From Candidatus Kapaibacterium sp. (GTDB lineage Bacteria > Bacteroidota > Ignavibacteria > Kapaibacteriales > UBA2268), in contig OY761611.1 of assembly GCA_963664875.1 (NCBI GenBank), positions 288,001 to 352,000 of the forward strand: a stretch of 64,000 nucleotides of DNA, written 5' to 3'. Shown here in pieces: positions 26,762-36,030 of this stretch (position 1 is the stretch's first letter; each line of letters begins with the position of its first letter). Position numbers and translations under genes: made by a program. The notes beneath the pieces are model-generated. The model was not told the DNA's origin. It saw only the letters and a list, made by a program, of their open reading frames with translations, and ran no database searches.

Positions 26762-28698
26762 TTACTTACTGAGGCTTGCATTTCAAATATCATTTCATTG
26801 CTAAGAAAGTAAAGCGAATGGAGTTTATGCCTCAAATCTTTTACAATATGGGTAGAATCTTTAGAATAATCGTAAGTTGGAGTTTTGGACTTATACTTGT
26901 AAAGAGATGGATTACTGCCTAAGCGGTCGATAATATACCAGTTGTTGTAAATCAACCCAATTTTCATTCCTTCCTGCACCAACGCAAAACCATTTTCGCT
27001 TTCCGGAAGTGACAGTATGTTCCTACTAAACGAAGATGTCTTGTGTGGTAGCTCTATAATTCCAAGTACTGTTTCAGTCAAATCTATGTGAGACATAATG
27101 TTGTTTCTTTGTGAGCTTGCAATGTGCTTAGGAGAATAAAAGATCATTGGAACATGTGTTGCACTCAGGTCAAAATCGTAAATAGCATCTTCAGGTATTC
27201 CATGGTCAGCTGTAATGACAAAAATTGTGTTATCGAAGTATTCTTCTTTAGATGCCAAATAAAAAAAATGTTCTAAAGCCCAATCTGTGTATAAGAATGT
27301 ATTATCAAAACTTTTACCTTTTACTTCAGGAATAATCCAAGGACCGTGATTGTTGGAAGACAATATAGTTGCAAAAAATGGAGTATTTGAAGATCGGAAA
27401 GTATTATTCATTTCTTCAAAAAGCCTATGATCCGGTACACCTAAACTGCTGAGCACTTCGGATTTGTCGAAATCATTTTCAGAGATTATCTTATCAGTAC
27501 CGTTCATCGACATAAAACCGCCCATATTGTCGAAATTAGGTACATGGGAGACAGCAAAATAGGTCTTGTAACCGTTTGATTTCAAAATATTAGGTAATGA
27601 GGAGAATCTCTGCCTTCCTTCTGTTCTTTTCATAACATTATCAGCATGAATGTTGGGCATACCTGACATAGTCGAGAAAAGCCCCATATATGTATGAAAT
27701 CCGTTGCTGTAGCAGTTGTTAAAGCTTAGAGACTTTTTTGCTAATTCGTTTATAAATAGATTGTACCCTTTTTCTGTATGCTTATTGATTTTTGTCTGAG
27801 AGAAAGATTCCAATAAAAACACAACTACATTATACTTCCTTTTGTTATTTCCATTTTGATAATTGTACTCTCTAAGAGGAAAATTTAATACAGAGGAAGC
27901 ACTATCAATGATTAGATTTTGGGCATTCTGCTTAGCTTCTTCAAGTTTATTTATAGTAAGATATTTTTTGTAGCTTGATTTATCTGATTTGTGGGAAACA
28001 TCATCTACAAAGGTAAACACATAGTTTAGAGCTAACTGATTTGCTTTAGTATATTCTGAGAAGAAGGCGTGTCCCCACCTCAAAGGTGTTTTAATCTCAA
28101 AGGTACCTCTAAGTCCAATTATGCTCAGTAAGATTATGCTGACAAATGCTAATATTTTGTGACTTATTTTTGTGGAAGAATAATTTTGCAAGTACATTTC
28201 AGACAGTTTTCCAAAAAGTCTATACAAAAGATACATAATTAAAAAGGAAAAAAGTAAAAGCGGAACAATTGGGTAAGATTCCCACAACATTTGAAAAACA
28301 AAAGCAGGGTTCTCAAAGGTATTCAATGTATAAGAGTTAAGCCTAATATGAAAGTAGTCAAAGAAATATAATTCTATGATTCCAAGAAGAATAAAAATAT
28401 AAGCACAGAGGCTTAAATAAATTTTTGCAAAAATTCGGCCGGCTTTTTCTAAGTTGAATAAGTAAAAAATATTAGCTACCAGAAAATAAAAAGAAAGAAG
28501 ATAAAGTGAAGATCTTAAATCAAATCTGAGAGCTACAAAAAATGACTGAATCAGTGTGAGCACAGGTGTGTCACTAAAATAGTCAAGATTCAGAAACAAT
28601 AAAGCAAACCTTTGCACTGAAAACAAAGCAACAAAGATGAGTAATATTATTAGCGAATGTAAAGAAAAGGTATTCAACACCTTTGCAAAAATCTTCAT
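26755..28698 (-). CDS. LTA synthase-family / alkaline-phosphatase-superfamily membrane transferase
   Basis: Five N-terminal TMs with RFDL; NVVVFLLES, probable catalytic Thr (GFHT), NHGPW, YTD, ITADHG, HVP. Probable start MKIFAK at 28698. Confidence 0.85.
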   Translation of the reverse strand: MKIFAKVLNTFSLHSLIILLIFVALFSVQRFALLFLNLDYFSDTPVLTLIQSFFVALRFDLRSSLYLLSFYFLVANIFYLFNLEKAGRIFAKIYLSLCAYIFILLGIIELYFFDYFHIRLNSYTLNTFENPAFVFQMLWESYPIVPLLLFSFLIMYLLYRLFGKLSEMYLQNYSSTKISHKILAFVSIILLSIIGLRGTFEIKTPLRWGHAFFSEYTKANQLALNYVFTFVDDVSHKSDKSSYKKYLTINKLEEAKQNAQNLIIDSASSVLNFPLREYNYQNGNNKRKYNVVVFLLESFSQTKINKHTEKGYNLFINELAKKSLSFNNCYSNGFHTYMGLFSTMSGMPNIHADNVMKRTEGRQRFSSLPNILKSNGYKTYFAVSHVPNFDNMGGFMSMNGTDKIISENDFDKSEVLSSLGVPDHRLFEEMNNTFRSSNTPFFATILSSNNHGPWIIPEVKGKSFDNTFLYTDWALEHFFYLASKEEYFDNTIFVITADHGIPEDAIYDFDLSATHVPMIFYSPKHIASSQRNNIMSHIDLTETVLGIIELPHKTSSFSRNILSLPESENGFALVQEGMKIGLIYNNWYIIDRLGSNPSLYKYKSKTPTYDYSKDSTHIVKDLRHKLHSLYFLSNEMIFEMQASVSNY

Positions 28699-28712
28699 TA
28701 TCCAATTCCAAG

Positions 28713-30182
28713 CTATTTTACTTTTTCCATTGCCCATTTGAAGACTTTTAGATATTCTAAAGCAGACATACCTGACGAAAAATTTGTCTCCATTGCGTTT
28801 TTTCTAATCACATCCCAATGGTTTTTATTAGAATAAATCGAAAGAGCTCTTCTTATAGCAAAACTCAAATCTTCAGCATTATATTGCCAAAAAAGGAATC
28901 CCGTGCCTTCACTTGAATCATAATTATACTCTTTAACGGTATCTGCTAAGCCACCTGTCATTCTGACAATAGGAATAGTACCGTATTTCATTGCATACAT
29001 CTGTGTAAGCCCGCAAGGTTCAAATCGAGATGGCATAATTAAAAAGTCGCTGGCAGCCATAAGCTTATGCGATTGCTCATCGTTATAGCCGATATAAATC
29101 AAAGCATCTTTAGGGTAATGCCAACTTAGATACTTAAAGTAGTGCTCGTAATTGTCGTCGCCGGAACCAACTAATAAAAATCTAAAATTACCTGATTGGA
29201 GATAGGACTCTAATTTGTGCATCAGTAAATCAATACCTTTCTGCTCTGCTAAACGTGAAACCATTCCGATTGTAGGTTTGTCGAGATTGTCTTCATCACT
29301 AAGACCAAAACTTTTAAGATATTCAATTTTGTTAGTCCGTTTTGCATCAAGATTTTCAGAAGTGTATTTCTCTGTTAAATACCCGTCGGATTCAGGATTC
29401 CATTCGTCGTAGTAAACTCCGTTTAGAACACCAATCAAATCAGCACCTCGAATATTTAAAAATTCTTGCAAACCTTCGCTGTAGTAAGGCCACCTTATTT
29501 CTTTGGCGTATGTGGGACTTACAGTAGTTATTTTATCGGCAAACATAATTCCTGTTTTCATTGCATTTACTGAACCCTGATGTTCAAACCAAGAGCCGGG
29601 ATACATTTCTTTCATTCCAAATCCTGAATACTCGAGAGACGTTTCCGGATTGAACCATCCTTGATAAGCAAGATTATGGATTGTATAGACACCGGCAGTT
29701 TTGTTAAAACGGAAATCATTGTTGTAATGAGATTTAAGGAATGCAAGAGCAAATGCAGTATGAAAATCATGTGCGTGTATAATATCAGGAGTAAAATTAA
29801 GAGCTCGAGCTGCTTCAAATATTGCCCTGCTAAAGAAGATAAATCTACGGTCGTTATCCTGAAATTCTGCAGGATCTCCATAAATACCTTTTCTATCGAA
29901 ATAATCATTATGTTCAATCAGATAAACAGGTACAGATGAATTAGGCAAGACACCTTGCCATAACCTTGCATATTCAGTCCAATAGCCCATAGGAACAATA
30001 AGAGTCAAATCTGTAGGATAAAAGCCCCAGCGATTTACATCGATAAATCCGTATTTTGGCATAATAACGATAGGATTCTGACCAAACTTTTGCCATTCGC
30101 GTGGAAGGGCAGAGGCTACGTCGGCAAGTCCTCCTGATTTTGCAAAAGGATTTACTTCTGCTGAAGCTAATAATATATTCAT
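28713..30182 (-). CDS. glgA: Glycogen synthase
   Basis: KSGGLADV, IIHAHDFH, TIHNLAYQG, TVSPTYA, SRLAEQKG, PSRFEPCGLTQM, TGGLADTV. Confidence 0.95.
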   Translation of the reverse strand: MNILLASAEVNPFAKSGGLADVASALPREWQKFGQNPIVIMPKYGFIDVNRWGFYPTDLTLIVPMGYWTEYARLWQGVLPNSSVPVYLIEHNDYFDRKGIYGDPAEFQDNDRRFIFFSRAIFEAARALNFTPDIIHAHDFHTAFALAFLKSHYNNDFRFNKTAGVYTIHNLAYQGWFNPETSLEYSGFGMKEMYPGSWFEHQGSVNAMKTGIMFADKITTVSPTYAKEIRWPYYSEGLQEFLNIRGADLIGVLNGVYYDEWNPESDGYLTEKYTSENLDAKRTNKIEYLKSFGLSDEDNLDKPTIGMVSRLAEQKGIDLLMHKLESYLQSGNFRFLLVGSGDDNYEHYFKYLSWHYPKDALIYIGYNDEQSHKLMAASDFLIMPSRFEPCGLTQMYAMKYGTIPIVRMTGGLADTVKEYNYDSSEGTGFLFWQYNAEDLSFAIRRALSIYSNKNHWDVIRKNAMETNFSSGMSALEYLKVFKWAMEKVK

Positions 30183-30211
30183 AGCACCTTATAATTTATC
30201 TGTTATGTATT

Positions 30212-31051
30212 TTAGTCGGCTAAAGAAACTGCAGTATAGTACTCTTTGAACTTGTTTTTAGCTGACTCTAACAAGCTAATATCAGAAAACATGCCAAAAA
30301 CAGTCGAACCACTGCCCGACATAAGAGCAAAAATTGCTCCGCTATCATATAGAGTGTTTTTAATTTCATTTATTTTAGGGAAAGTTTTAAACACATATTC
30401 TTCAAAGTCATTTTTAAAATATTGCAACAAATCAGGGTTTAAAGTCTTTTGTCCATTCACTAAATCCGACAATCTTGTACCTTCAACTATTTCGTCCCCT
30501 TTCCCAAGAGATTTGTAGGCTAAAGGTGTAGAAACATGGATACCGGGATTTACTAGAAGAATATGATAAGGATTTCTTATCTCTATCTCTTCAAGTAATT
30601 CGCCCCGACCTCTCGCAATACAGGCATTACCGCGAAGGAAAAAAGGAACATCTGAGCCCAAATCTATAGCAATTTTGTGTAAATCTGTTAACGACATATT
30701 TAAATCGAAAAAATCGTTGAGAGCTAATAATGTGGCAGCGGCATTACTGCTTCCACCGCCGAGTCCTCCGCCGGTAGGAATTTGTTTTTCTACATAAACA
30801 TTTACCGATAAATCTTTTTCAACAAATCGTTGAAGCGACATCGCAGCTTTATATATTAAATTGTCTTCTAAAGGAATATCTATCGGTTTATCAAATGATA
30901 TTTTATATTTTGCACTCTTTGATAAATGCAAAGTGTCATGTATCTTTGTTTTGTAAAATATCGTATTAATTTCGTGAAATTTATCTTCTCGCTTATATAG
31001 CACTTCGAGAGTAATATTGATTTTTGCACAAGATTTAATTATGTAGGACAT
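30212..31051 (-). CDS. ispE: 4-diphosphocytidyl-2-C-methyl-D-erythritol kinase
   Basis: AKIN, FHEI, KQIPTGGGLGGGSSNAA, LGSDVPFF, GRGE, NDFE, MSGSGSTVF. Confidence 0.96.
   Translation of the reverse strand: MSYIIKSCAKINITLEVLYKREDKFHEINTIFYKTKIHDTLHLSKSAKYKISFDKPIDIPLEDNLIYKAAMSLQRFVEKDLSVNVYVEKQIPTGGGLGGGSSNAAATLLALNDFFDLNMSLTDLHKIAIDLGSDVPFFLRGNACIARGRGELLEEIEIRNPYHILLVNPGIHVSTPLAYKSLGKGDEIVEGTRLSDLVNGQKTLNPDLLQYFKNDFEEYVFKTFPKINEIKNTLYDSGAIFALMSGSGSTVFGMFSDISLLESAKNKFKEYYTAVSLAD
30918..30948 (+). promoter_or_regulatory. Candidate -33/-7 promoter antisense inside ispE, facing the 31067-35964 operon
   Basis: TTTG (30918-30921), 19-nt spacer, TATCTTTG (30941-30948); full match to TTTG-N19-21-TAnnTTTG. 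Confidence 0.5.
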
Positions 31052-31066
31052 AGATAGTTACCGATT

Positions 31067-31813
31067 ATGGATGAACTTAATTCAAAATTTGAAGAAAAAA
31101 ACGATTACTCTACAGATACAAAAAATCAGAAACGTAAAGGTAAAAAGAAGAAAAAGAAAAAACAACCTATATCTTACAATCAAGAGATTTTAAGAAAGTT
31201 GATACATCTTTTTTCTCTTTCTATACCAATTGTCTATTATCATATAGACAAAGTTACAGCTCTTTCTATATTGTTCCCGCTCGCATTGCTTGCAGTTTCC
31301 TTGGATTTTTTATCAAAAGGAGAAAACAAATTTGCAGAGTTTATTCAGCATTGGCTTGGGAAAATGATGCGGGCTCATGAGAAAAAGAAAGATAAGATTG
31401 TGCTAAATGGTGCATCATGGGTTCTGATTTCTGCATACTTAACTGTACTAATCTTCCCTAAGATTATAGCTGTTACAGGGTTTGCAATTTTGATAATTTC
31501 TGATCTAACGGCTGCATTGATAGGGAGAAAATTTGGGAAGCACTCACTTTTTAATAAATCTTGGGAAGGAACACTTTCTTTCATGGTATCTGCCATAATG
31601 GTTGTCATATTTGTCGGCACTATGACTAATGCTCCTTGGGTGTTTTATATTGCCGGAGCTGTCGGAGCTATTGTTGCAGGATTTGTCGAGGCTGCTGCAA
31701 AAATACTAAAAGCAGATGATAATCTCACAATTCCTCTGTCATTTGGAGTAGTTGTTCTTTCGCTTGCGGAAGTTGCAAATCAGTTTGGTGTTTCTATTTT
31801 AAATATTTTATAG
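31067..31813 (+). CDS. CTP-dependent polyprenol/phytol/diacylglycerol kinase family (SEC59/DGK1/VTE5-like)
   Basis: EILRKLIH, SDLTAALIGRKFG, NKSWEG, VE...DDNLTIP; multiple TMs; Lys-rich N-terminus. Confidence 0.85.
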   Translation: MDELNSKFEEKNDYSTDTKNQKRKGKKKKKKKQPISYNQEILRKLIHLFSLSIPIVYYHIDKVTALSILFPLALLAVSLDFLSKGENKFAEFIQHWLGKMMRAHEKKKDKIVLNGASWVLISAYLTVLIFPKIIAVTGFAILIISDLTAALIGRKFGKHSLFNKSWEGTLSFMVSAIMVVIFVGTMTNAPWVFYIAGAVGAIVAGFVEAAAKILKADDNLTIPLSFGVVVLSLAEVANQFGVSILNIL

Positions 31814-31820
31814 TTGCAGT

Positions 31821-32453
31821 ATGCTAAAAAAGGAAAAATATATTATCTCGACAATTGCTTTTGTAGCTATAGCTGCATTTTTCTTTATTTTTACTCAAGA
31901 CAGGAATTACTATTCTGTAGAAAATATCATCGCTGATAGCTCAGATCAAGGAAAAGCTGTTTTTTACTTTATAAAGGTCAAAGATCTGGATAAAGATTTT
32001 ATGATAAATACTGCTCACCATATAAGAGATAATGATTCTGCTTCATTTTTATCTGATAAAAACCAATTTCGAGTAATGGTAGCTTATTTTTATAGAGAGA
32101 CTGATGTTGAAGCACTTCCTGATAGTTTAGCTGATAAAATACACAGGCAAAAACCAAGTTCTAAGGGAAGAGAATATAGAATTGATTATGTTAAAAACGG
32201 ATATATTTATACTGACATTTCAAGAGATTTGCCCGATATCAAATACCCAAAAGACTCTTTATTTGCGTCTCAATTGTTTATTCCCAAAAAGGGATATTCT
32301 GCTAAAGAAATCTTTAATTCGAACCTGAGAAGAAATAAATCCTATCTCTATGGAGATAGTAAAAACTCTACTGACACAAACAAAACTATACCAAATAAAC
32401 GAGATACAAGTAATATTCCGGAGATAAAAGATGATAATCGATCTAAGAAGTGA
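31821..32453 (+). CDS. Hypothetical membrane-anchored protein
   Basis: 210 aa, single N-terminal hydrophobic segment, operon context; no recognised motif. Confidence 0.7.
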   Translation: MLKKEKYIISTIAFVAIAAFFFIFTQDRNYYSVENIIADSSDQGKAVFYFIKVKDLDKDFMINTAHHIRDNDSASFLSDKNQFRVMVAYFYRETDVEALPDSLADKIHRQKPSSKGREYRIDYVKNGYIYTDISRDLPDIKYPKDSLFASQLFIPKKGYSAKEIFNSNLRRNKSYLYGDSKNSTDTNKTIPNKRDTSNIPEIKDDNRSKK

Positions 32454-33468
32454 TACCGTAACTAAACCAAGTGAAGAAATGAAAAAAGCTATGATGATGG
32501 CAGAGCTTGGTGACGATGTGTATGGCGAAGATCCTACTGTTAATGAATTACAGGAATATACTGCAGATTTATTAGGAAAGGAAGCTGCTTTATTTGTTCC
32601 TTCCGGAACAATGAGCAATCAAATTGGAATAAAAATAAACACAAATGATGGTGATGAAATAATTGCCGAATCAGAATCTCATATTTATTATTATGAAACT
32701 GCAGCACCGTCTCTCATCTCTCGTGTTCAGTTTCGTCTGATTGAGTCTGAAAGAGGAGAAATGAACCCTGAGAAAGTAAGAGCTGCAATTAGACCAGATG
32801 TATATTATTTTCCAAGGACTTCTATGCTCTGTGTTGAAAATACACACAATAGGCATGGTGGCTCAGTCATTTCTCTTGAAAATATAAAGCAGCTCAAAAT
32901 GATTGCCATTGAAAATAATTTGGCTTTCCATCTTGACGGTGCAAGACTGTGGAATGCGTCAGCAGCTACAGGGATTTCGGAAGCTGATTACGTTAAGGAT
33001 TTTGACACTGTTTCTGTGTGTCTCTCTAAAGGATTGGGTGCTCCTGTCGGTTCTGTGCTTGTAGGCACTAAAGAAAAGATTACTAGAGCCTTAAAATGGA
33101 GAAAAATCTTAGGTGGAGGGATGAGACAAGCCGGTATGCTTGCTGCAGCAGGTCTTTATGCTTTGAAAGAAAACCGTAAGCTCCTTGTTCAAGACCATAT
33201 TAATGCTAAAGCTTTTGCAAATATAATTGTGCAATGCGAACATTTAAAAATTGATATGAACAGAGTAAAAACAAACATGGTGATATTTAATTTCCCAAAA
33301 TCACTCAATGCGAGTATATTTACTGAAAACCTTGCTTCGAACGGAGTATTGGTTTCTGCTGTTTCTCCAAATAGTATTAGAGCAGTTATGCACTTCCAAA
33401 TATCTGAAACAGAAGCAATTATAGCTGCAAATATTATAGTTGATACTGCTAATAAACTTTTGAGTTGA
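32431..33468 (+). CDS. ltaE: Low-specificity L-threonine aldolase
   Basis: DLRSDTVT, GDDVYGEDP, SGTMSN, ENTHN, HLDGARL, PLP Lys in CLSKGLGAPVGS, GGGMRQAG. Confidence 0.95.
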   Translation: MIIDLRSDTVTKPSEEMKKAMMMAELGDDVYGEDPTVNELQEYTADLLGKEAALFVPSGTMSNQIGIKINTNDGDEIIAESESHIYYYETAAPSLISRVQFRLIESERGEMNPEKVRAAIRPDVYYFPRTSMLCVENTHNRHGGSVISLENIKQLKMIAIENNLAFHLDGARLWNASAATGISEADYVKDFDTVSVCLSKGLGAPVGSVLVGTKEKITRALKWRKILGGGMRQAGMLAAAGLYALKENRKLLVQDHINAKAFANIIVQCEHLKIDMNRVKTNMVIFNFPKSLNASIFTENLASNGVLVSAVSPNSIRAVMHFQISETEAIIAANIIVDTANKLLS

Positions 33469-33471
33469 TTT

Positions 33472-33945
33472 ATGAAGTTAATATTATCATCCTTGATTTT
33501 TGTTATACTTATGACTCACGTTTTGCTGTCGTCTGAGAATAAGGAAACTCAAGCTTTTAAAGAAGCCAACTTGTATCGCTTGTCGGGAAGTTTGATATCA
33601 TCAAATATATATTTGACCTATTTATCTATTGATATGCTGTTTACAAATGCAAATAATTACTCTAATGAAGAAAAACAAGTGATACGCGAATCAATTAAGC
33701 TTGGATTTGAAAAAACGAAAAAAGATTTTTTTGAAGTAAACAGCTATATAGAATTCCCTGAGAAAAAGACATTTGAGAAGCAAATCAGTGAGATTTGTAG
33801 TTTAATTGTTAAAGATTTAGAATTGCTGAAAGATTATCTTGAGTCAAACGAAGACAGTAAAAGACAGCTGTTTTTGGAGAATCATAAACGTCTGTGGAAT
33901 CAATTATCTAAAAATACTGAAAGTAATGAATATGAAAAAGATTGA
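33472..33945 (+). CDS. Hypothetical exported helical protein
   Basis: 157 aa, N-terminal signal-like segment, 3 nt after ltaE. Confidence 0.7.
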   Translation: MKLILSSLIFVILMTHVLLSSENKETQAFKEANLYRLSGSLISSNIYLTYLSIDMLFTNANNYSNEEKQVIRESIKLGFEKTKKDFFEVNSYIEFPEKKTFEKQISEICSLIVKDLELLKDYLESNEDSKRQLFLENHKRLWNQLSKNTESNEYEKD

Positions 33946-34414
33946 TAAAAGAGAACTGATAAAAGAAGTTCCTCTATATAAGCACATGATGACAGGAAAA
34001 GTCCGTTTCGATGAAGTTGATTCTTTTGGAGTGGTGCATAATATTAAATATTTATACTATTTAGAGTGGGCAAGGACTGAATACCTAAAAGCTATAGGCA
34101 TGCCTGTAAATCATAGAACATTTACATTAGAGTTGCCATTGATGGTAGTTCATTCAGAAATTGATTATATAAATTCCTTGCTTTTTAGCAGCAAATATGA
34201 AGTCCTGAGTCGCATTTCTTCCGTCAAGAAGTCGAGTCTCGTTTTCGAAAATCTGATAAGAAATGAAGATGGTGATTTGATAGTAAAAGCTTCAGCGGTA
34301 ATGGTCTATCTCAATCCGGATGATTATACACCAAGCTTATTACCAAGAGAGCTCAGTGACAAAATTAGAATGTTTGAGGGGGATAATGTGAAATTTATTT
34401 CGGACGGTAAATAA
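33932..34414 (+). CDS. Acyl-CoA thioesterase, YbgC/FadM (4HBT) family
   Basis: VRFDEVDSFGVVHN..YL.YLE.AR hot-dog motif. Start moved to ATG 33932 (33926 also possible). Confidence 0.88.
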   Translation: MKKIDKRELIKEVPLYKHMMTGKVRFDEVDSFGVVHNIKYLYYLEWARTEYLKAIGMPVNHRTFTLELPLMVVHSEIDYINSLLFSSKYEVLSRISSVKKSSLVFENLIRNEDGDLIVKASAVMVYLNPDDYTPSLLPRELSDKIRMFEGDNVKFISDGK

Positions 34415-35964
34415 TGGGATTGACAGACTCTTGGACTATCGACAGACTGGTTGCTCAGTGCGTTTTTCCTCGGTTGGATATATATGATTATTATGAAAAA
34501 TCTGAGTATAACAGATATATAAAAAAATTAGTAGAATTTGGTGTTGGTGGATTTTGTGTCTTCGGTGGCAATCTGGAATCAGTTTCTAATGCCTTGTCAG
34601 AACTACAGAGTTATGCACAGATACCACTTCTTTTCTGTGCTGATTTCGAGTATGGACTGGCTATGCGTTTGGAAGAGGGAACTGGTTTCCCGCATGCCAT
34701 GGCGTTAGGAAAAGTAGATGATTTAGAAGCAACCGAAGAAACTGCTAACTGCATCGCAAAAGAAGCAAAAGAGTTAGGCATATATTGGAACTTGGCTCCT
34801 GTCGCAGATATAAATTCCAATCCTGATAATCCAGTAATAAATATTAGAGCCTTTGGAAACAATAAAGAACTTGTAGCACAACATTCAGTAGCTTACTCGC
34901 TGGGAACTCAGAAAGCAAAAGTATTGGCTTGTGCAAAACATTTTCCAGGTCATGGCGATACAGACTCCGATACACATAATGGGAGAGTAGCGATATATTT
35001 AACTCAAGAAGATCTAAATAACAGAGAATTAGAACCATTCAGACAATGTATTGCGAATGGAGTCAAATCTATTATGGTTGCACATATAGATTTGCCCAAT
35101 ATTGATACAGATTATCCTGCATCTTTATCAAAAAAAATTGTTTCAGGCATACTAAGAAATGAATTTAACTATCAGGGAATAATTATCACTGATGCTTTGG
35201 ATATGAAAGCTATATCTGAATCTTTCCCTGATGGGAAAGCAGCTGTACTCGCTTTGGAAGCCGGCAATGATATTGCTCTTATGCCCGATGATGCTATAGC
35301 AGCTATCAGCAGTTTGATAGAAAAAGCAGATAAAGATTCCGCATTCTATGAAAAAATTAAATTGTCTGTAGAGAAAATATACAAAGAAAAGCGTTGGGTG
35401 GGGTTAATACCTCAATTTGCAAAACCTGATTTGAATCAAAAACTTTTTGCAGATCACATGAAAACCGCTTTAAAAACTGCATATAGAGCGATTGAAATCA
35501 AAGGAGATAAAAATCTTCTGCCTATAAATGACGAACTCTCATTTGCTGGTTTTTCAATTTTACAACGAGATATAGATCTCAGAGCAGGCTCAAGGTTTTT
35601 TACAATGGCTGCCCAAGCGTTGGAAAGCGATTGTGATTTTGGTTTTTTAGATATGAATGTAACAGAAGAACAGGCATTAGAACTTCGCAATAGCTTGAAT
35701 AATCCTGATTTTTTACTTTTTGCATTTTTTGTTAAAGGTGGTGGAAGCGTCGGCAAAATTAGATTGCCGGAAAATGTCAAAAAAAGCCTAAAGATAATTG
35801 CCGGAAATAAGCCAATTATTGCTCTTATTTTTGGTAATCCTGATTTAGAGTATGATATTGAAGCCGATTTATATATTAAGACTTATTCTGATTCTTTAGC
35901 ATCTATCGCGGCAGCAATTGCAGAATTAACAGGCAGAGACGTTGAAAAATATACGCAGTTATAA
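34414..35964 (+). CDS. Glycoside hydrolase family 3, beta-N-acetylhexosaminidase (NagZ-like)
   Basis: ADFEYG, LAPVAD, IRAFG, KHFPGHGDTDSDTH (NagZ D-x-H dyad), IMVAH, ITDALDM. Confidence 0.9.
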   Translation: MGLTDSWTIDRLVAQCVFPRLDIYDYYEKSEYNRYIKKLVEFGVGGFCVFGGNLESVSNALSELQSYAQIPLLFCADFEYGLAMRLEEGTGFPHAMALGKVDDLEATEETANCIAKEAKELGIYWNLAPVADINSNPDNPVINIRAFGNNKELVAQHSVAYSLGTQKAKVLACAKHFPGHGDTDSDTHNGRVAIYLTQEDLNNRELEPFRQCIANGVKSIMVAHIDLPNIDTDYPASLSKKIVSGILRNEFNYQGIIITDALDMKAISESFPDGKAAVLALEAGNDIALMPDDAIAAISSLIEKADKDSAFYEKIKLSVEKIYKEKRWVGLIPQFAKPDLNQKLFADHMKTALKTAYRAIEIKGDKNLLPINDELSFAGFSILQRDIDLRAGSRFFTMAAQALESDCDFGFLDMNVTEEQALELRNSLNNPDFLLFAFFVKGGGSVGKIRLPENVKKSLKIIAGNKPIIALIFGNPDLEYDIEADLYIKTYSDSLASIAAAIAELTGRDVEKYTQL

Positions 35965-36030
35965 AATTTTGGAAAAAGCTCAACTTATCAGTAATTTTAC
36001 AGTTTCCAATAAATAACAGGTATCTAAATA

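Noticed and set aside
28699-28737. Longer starts for the LTA-synthase-like gene (28737) and acylase (20868)
   Set aside because: They extend further into the upstream CDS; downstream ATGs precede the first hydrophobic segment.
31130-31165. A-rich run as a phase-variable repeat
   Set aside because: It encodes a Lys tract with mixed AAA/AAG codons and has no long homopolymer or perfect repeat.
33839-33931. ORF-track N-terminal extension of the thioesterase
   Set aside because: Would overlap the upstream gene by over 100 nt from a TTG start; ATG at 33926/33932 fits better.
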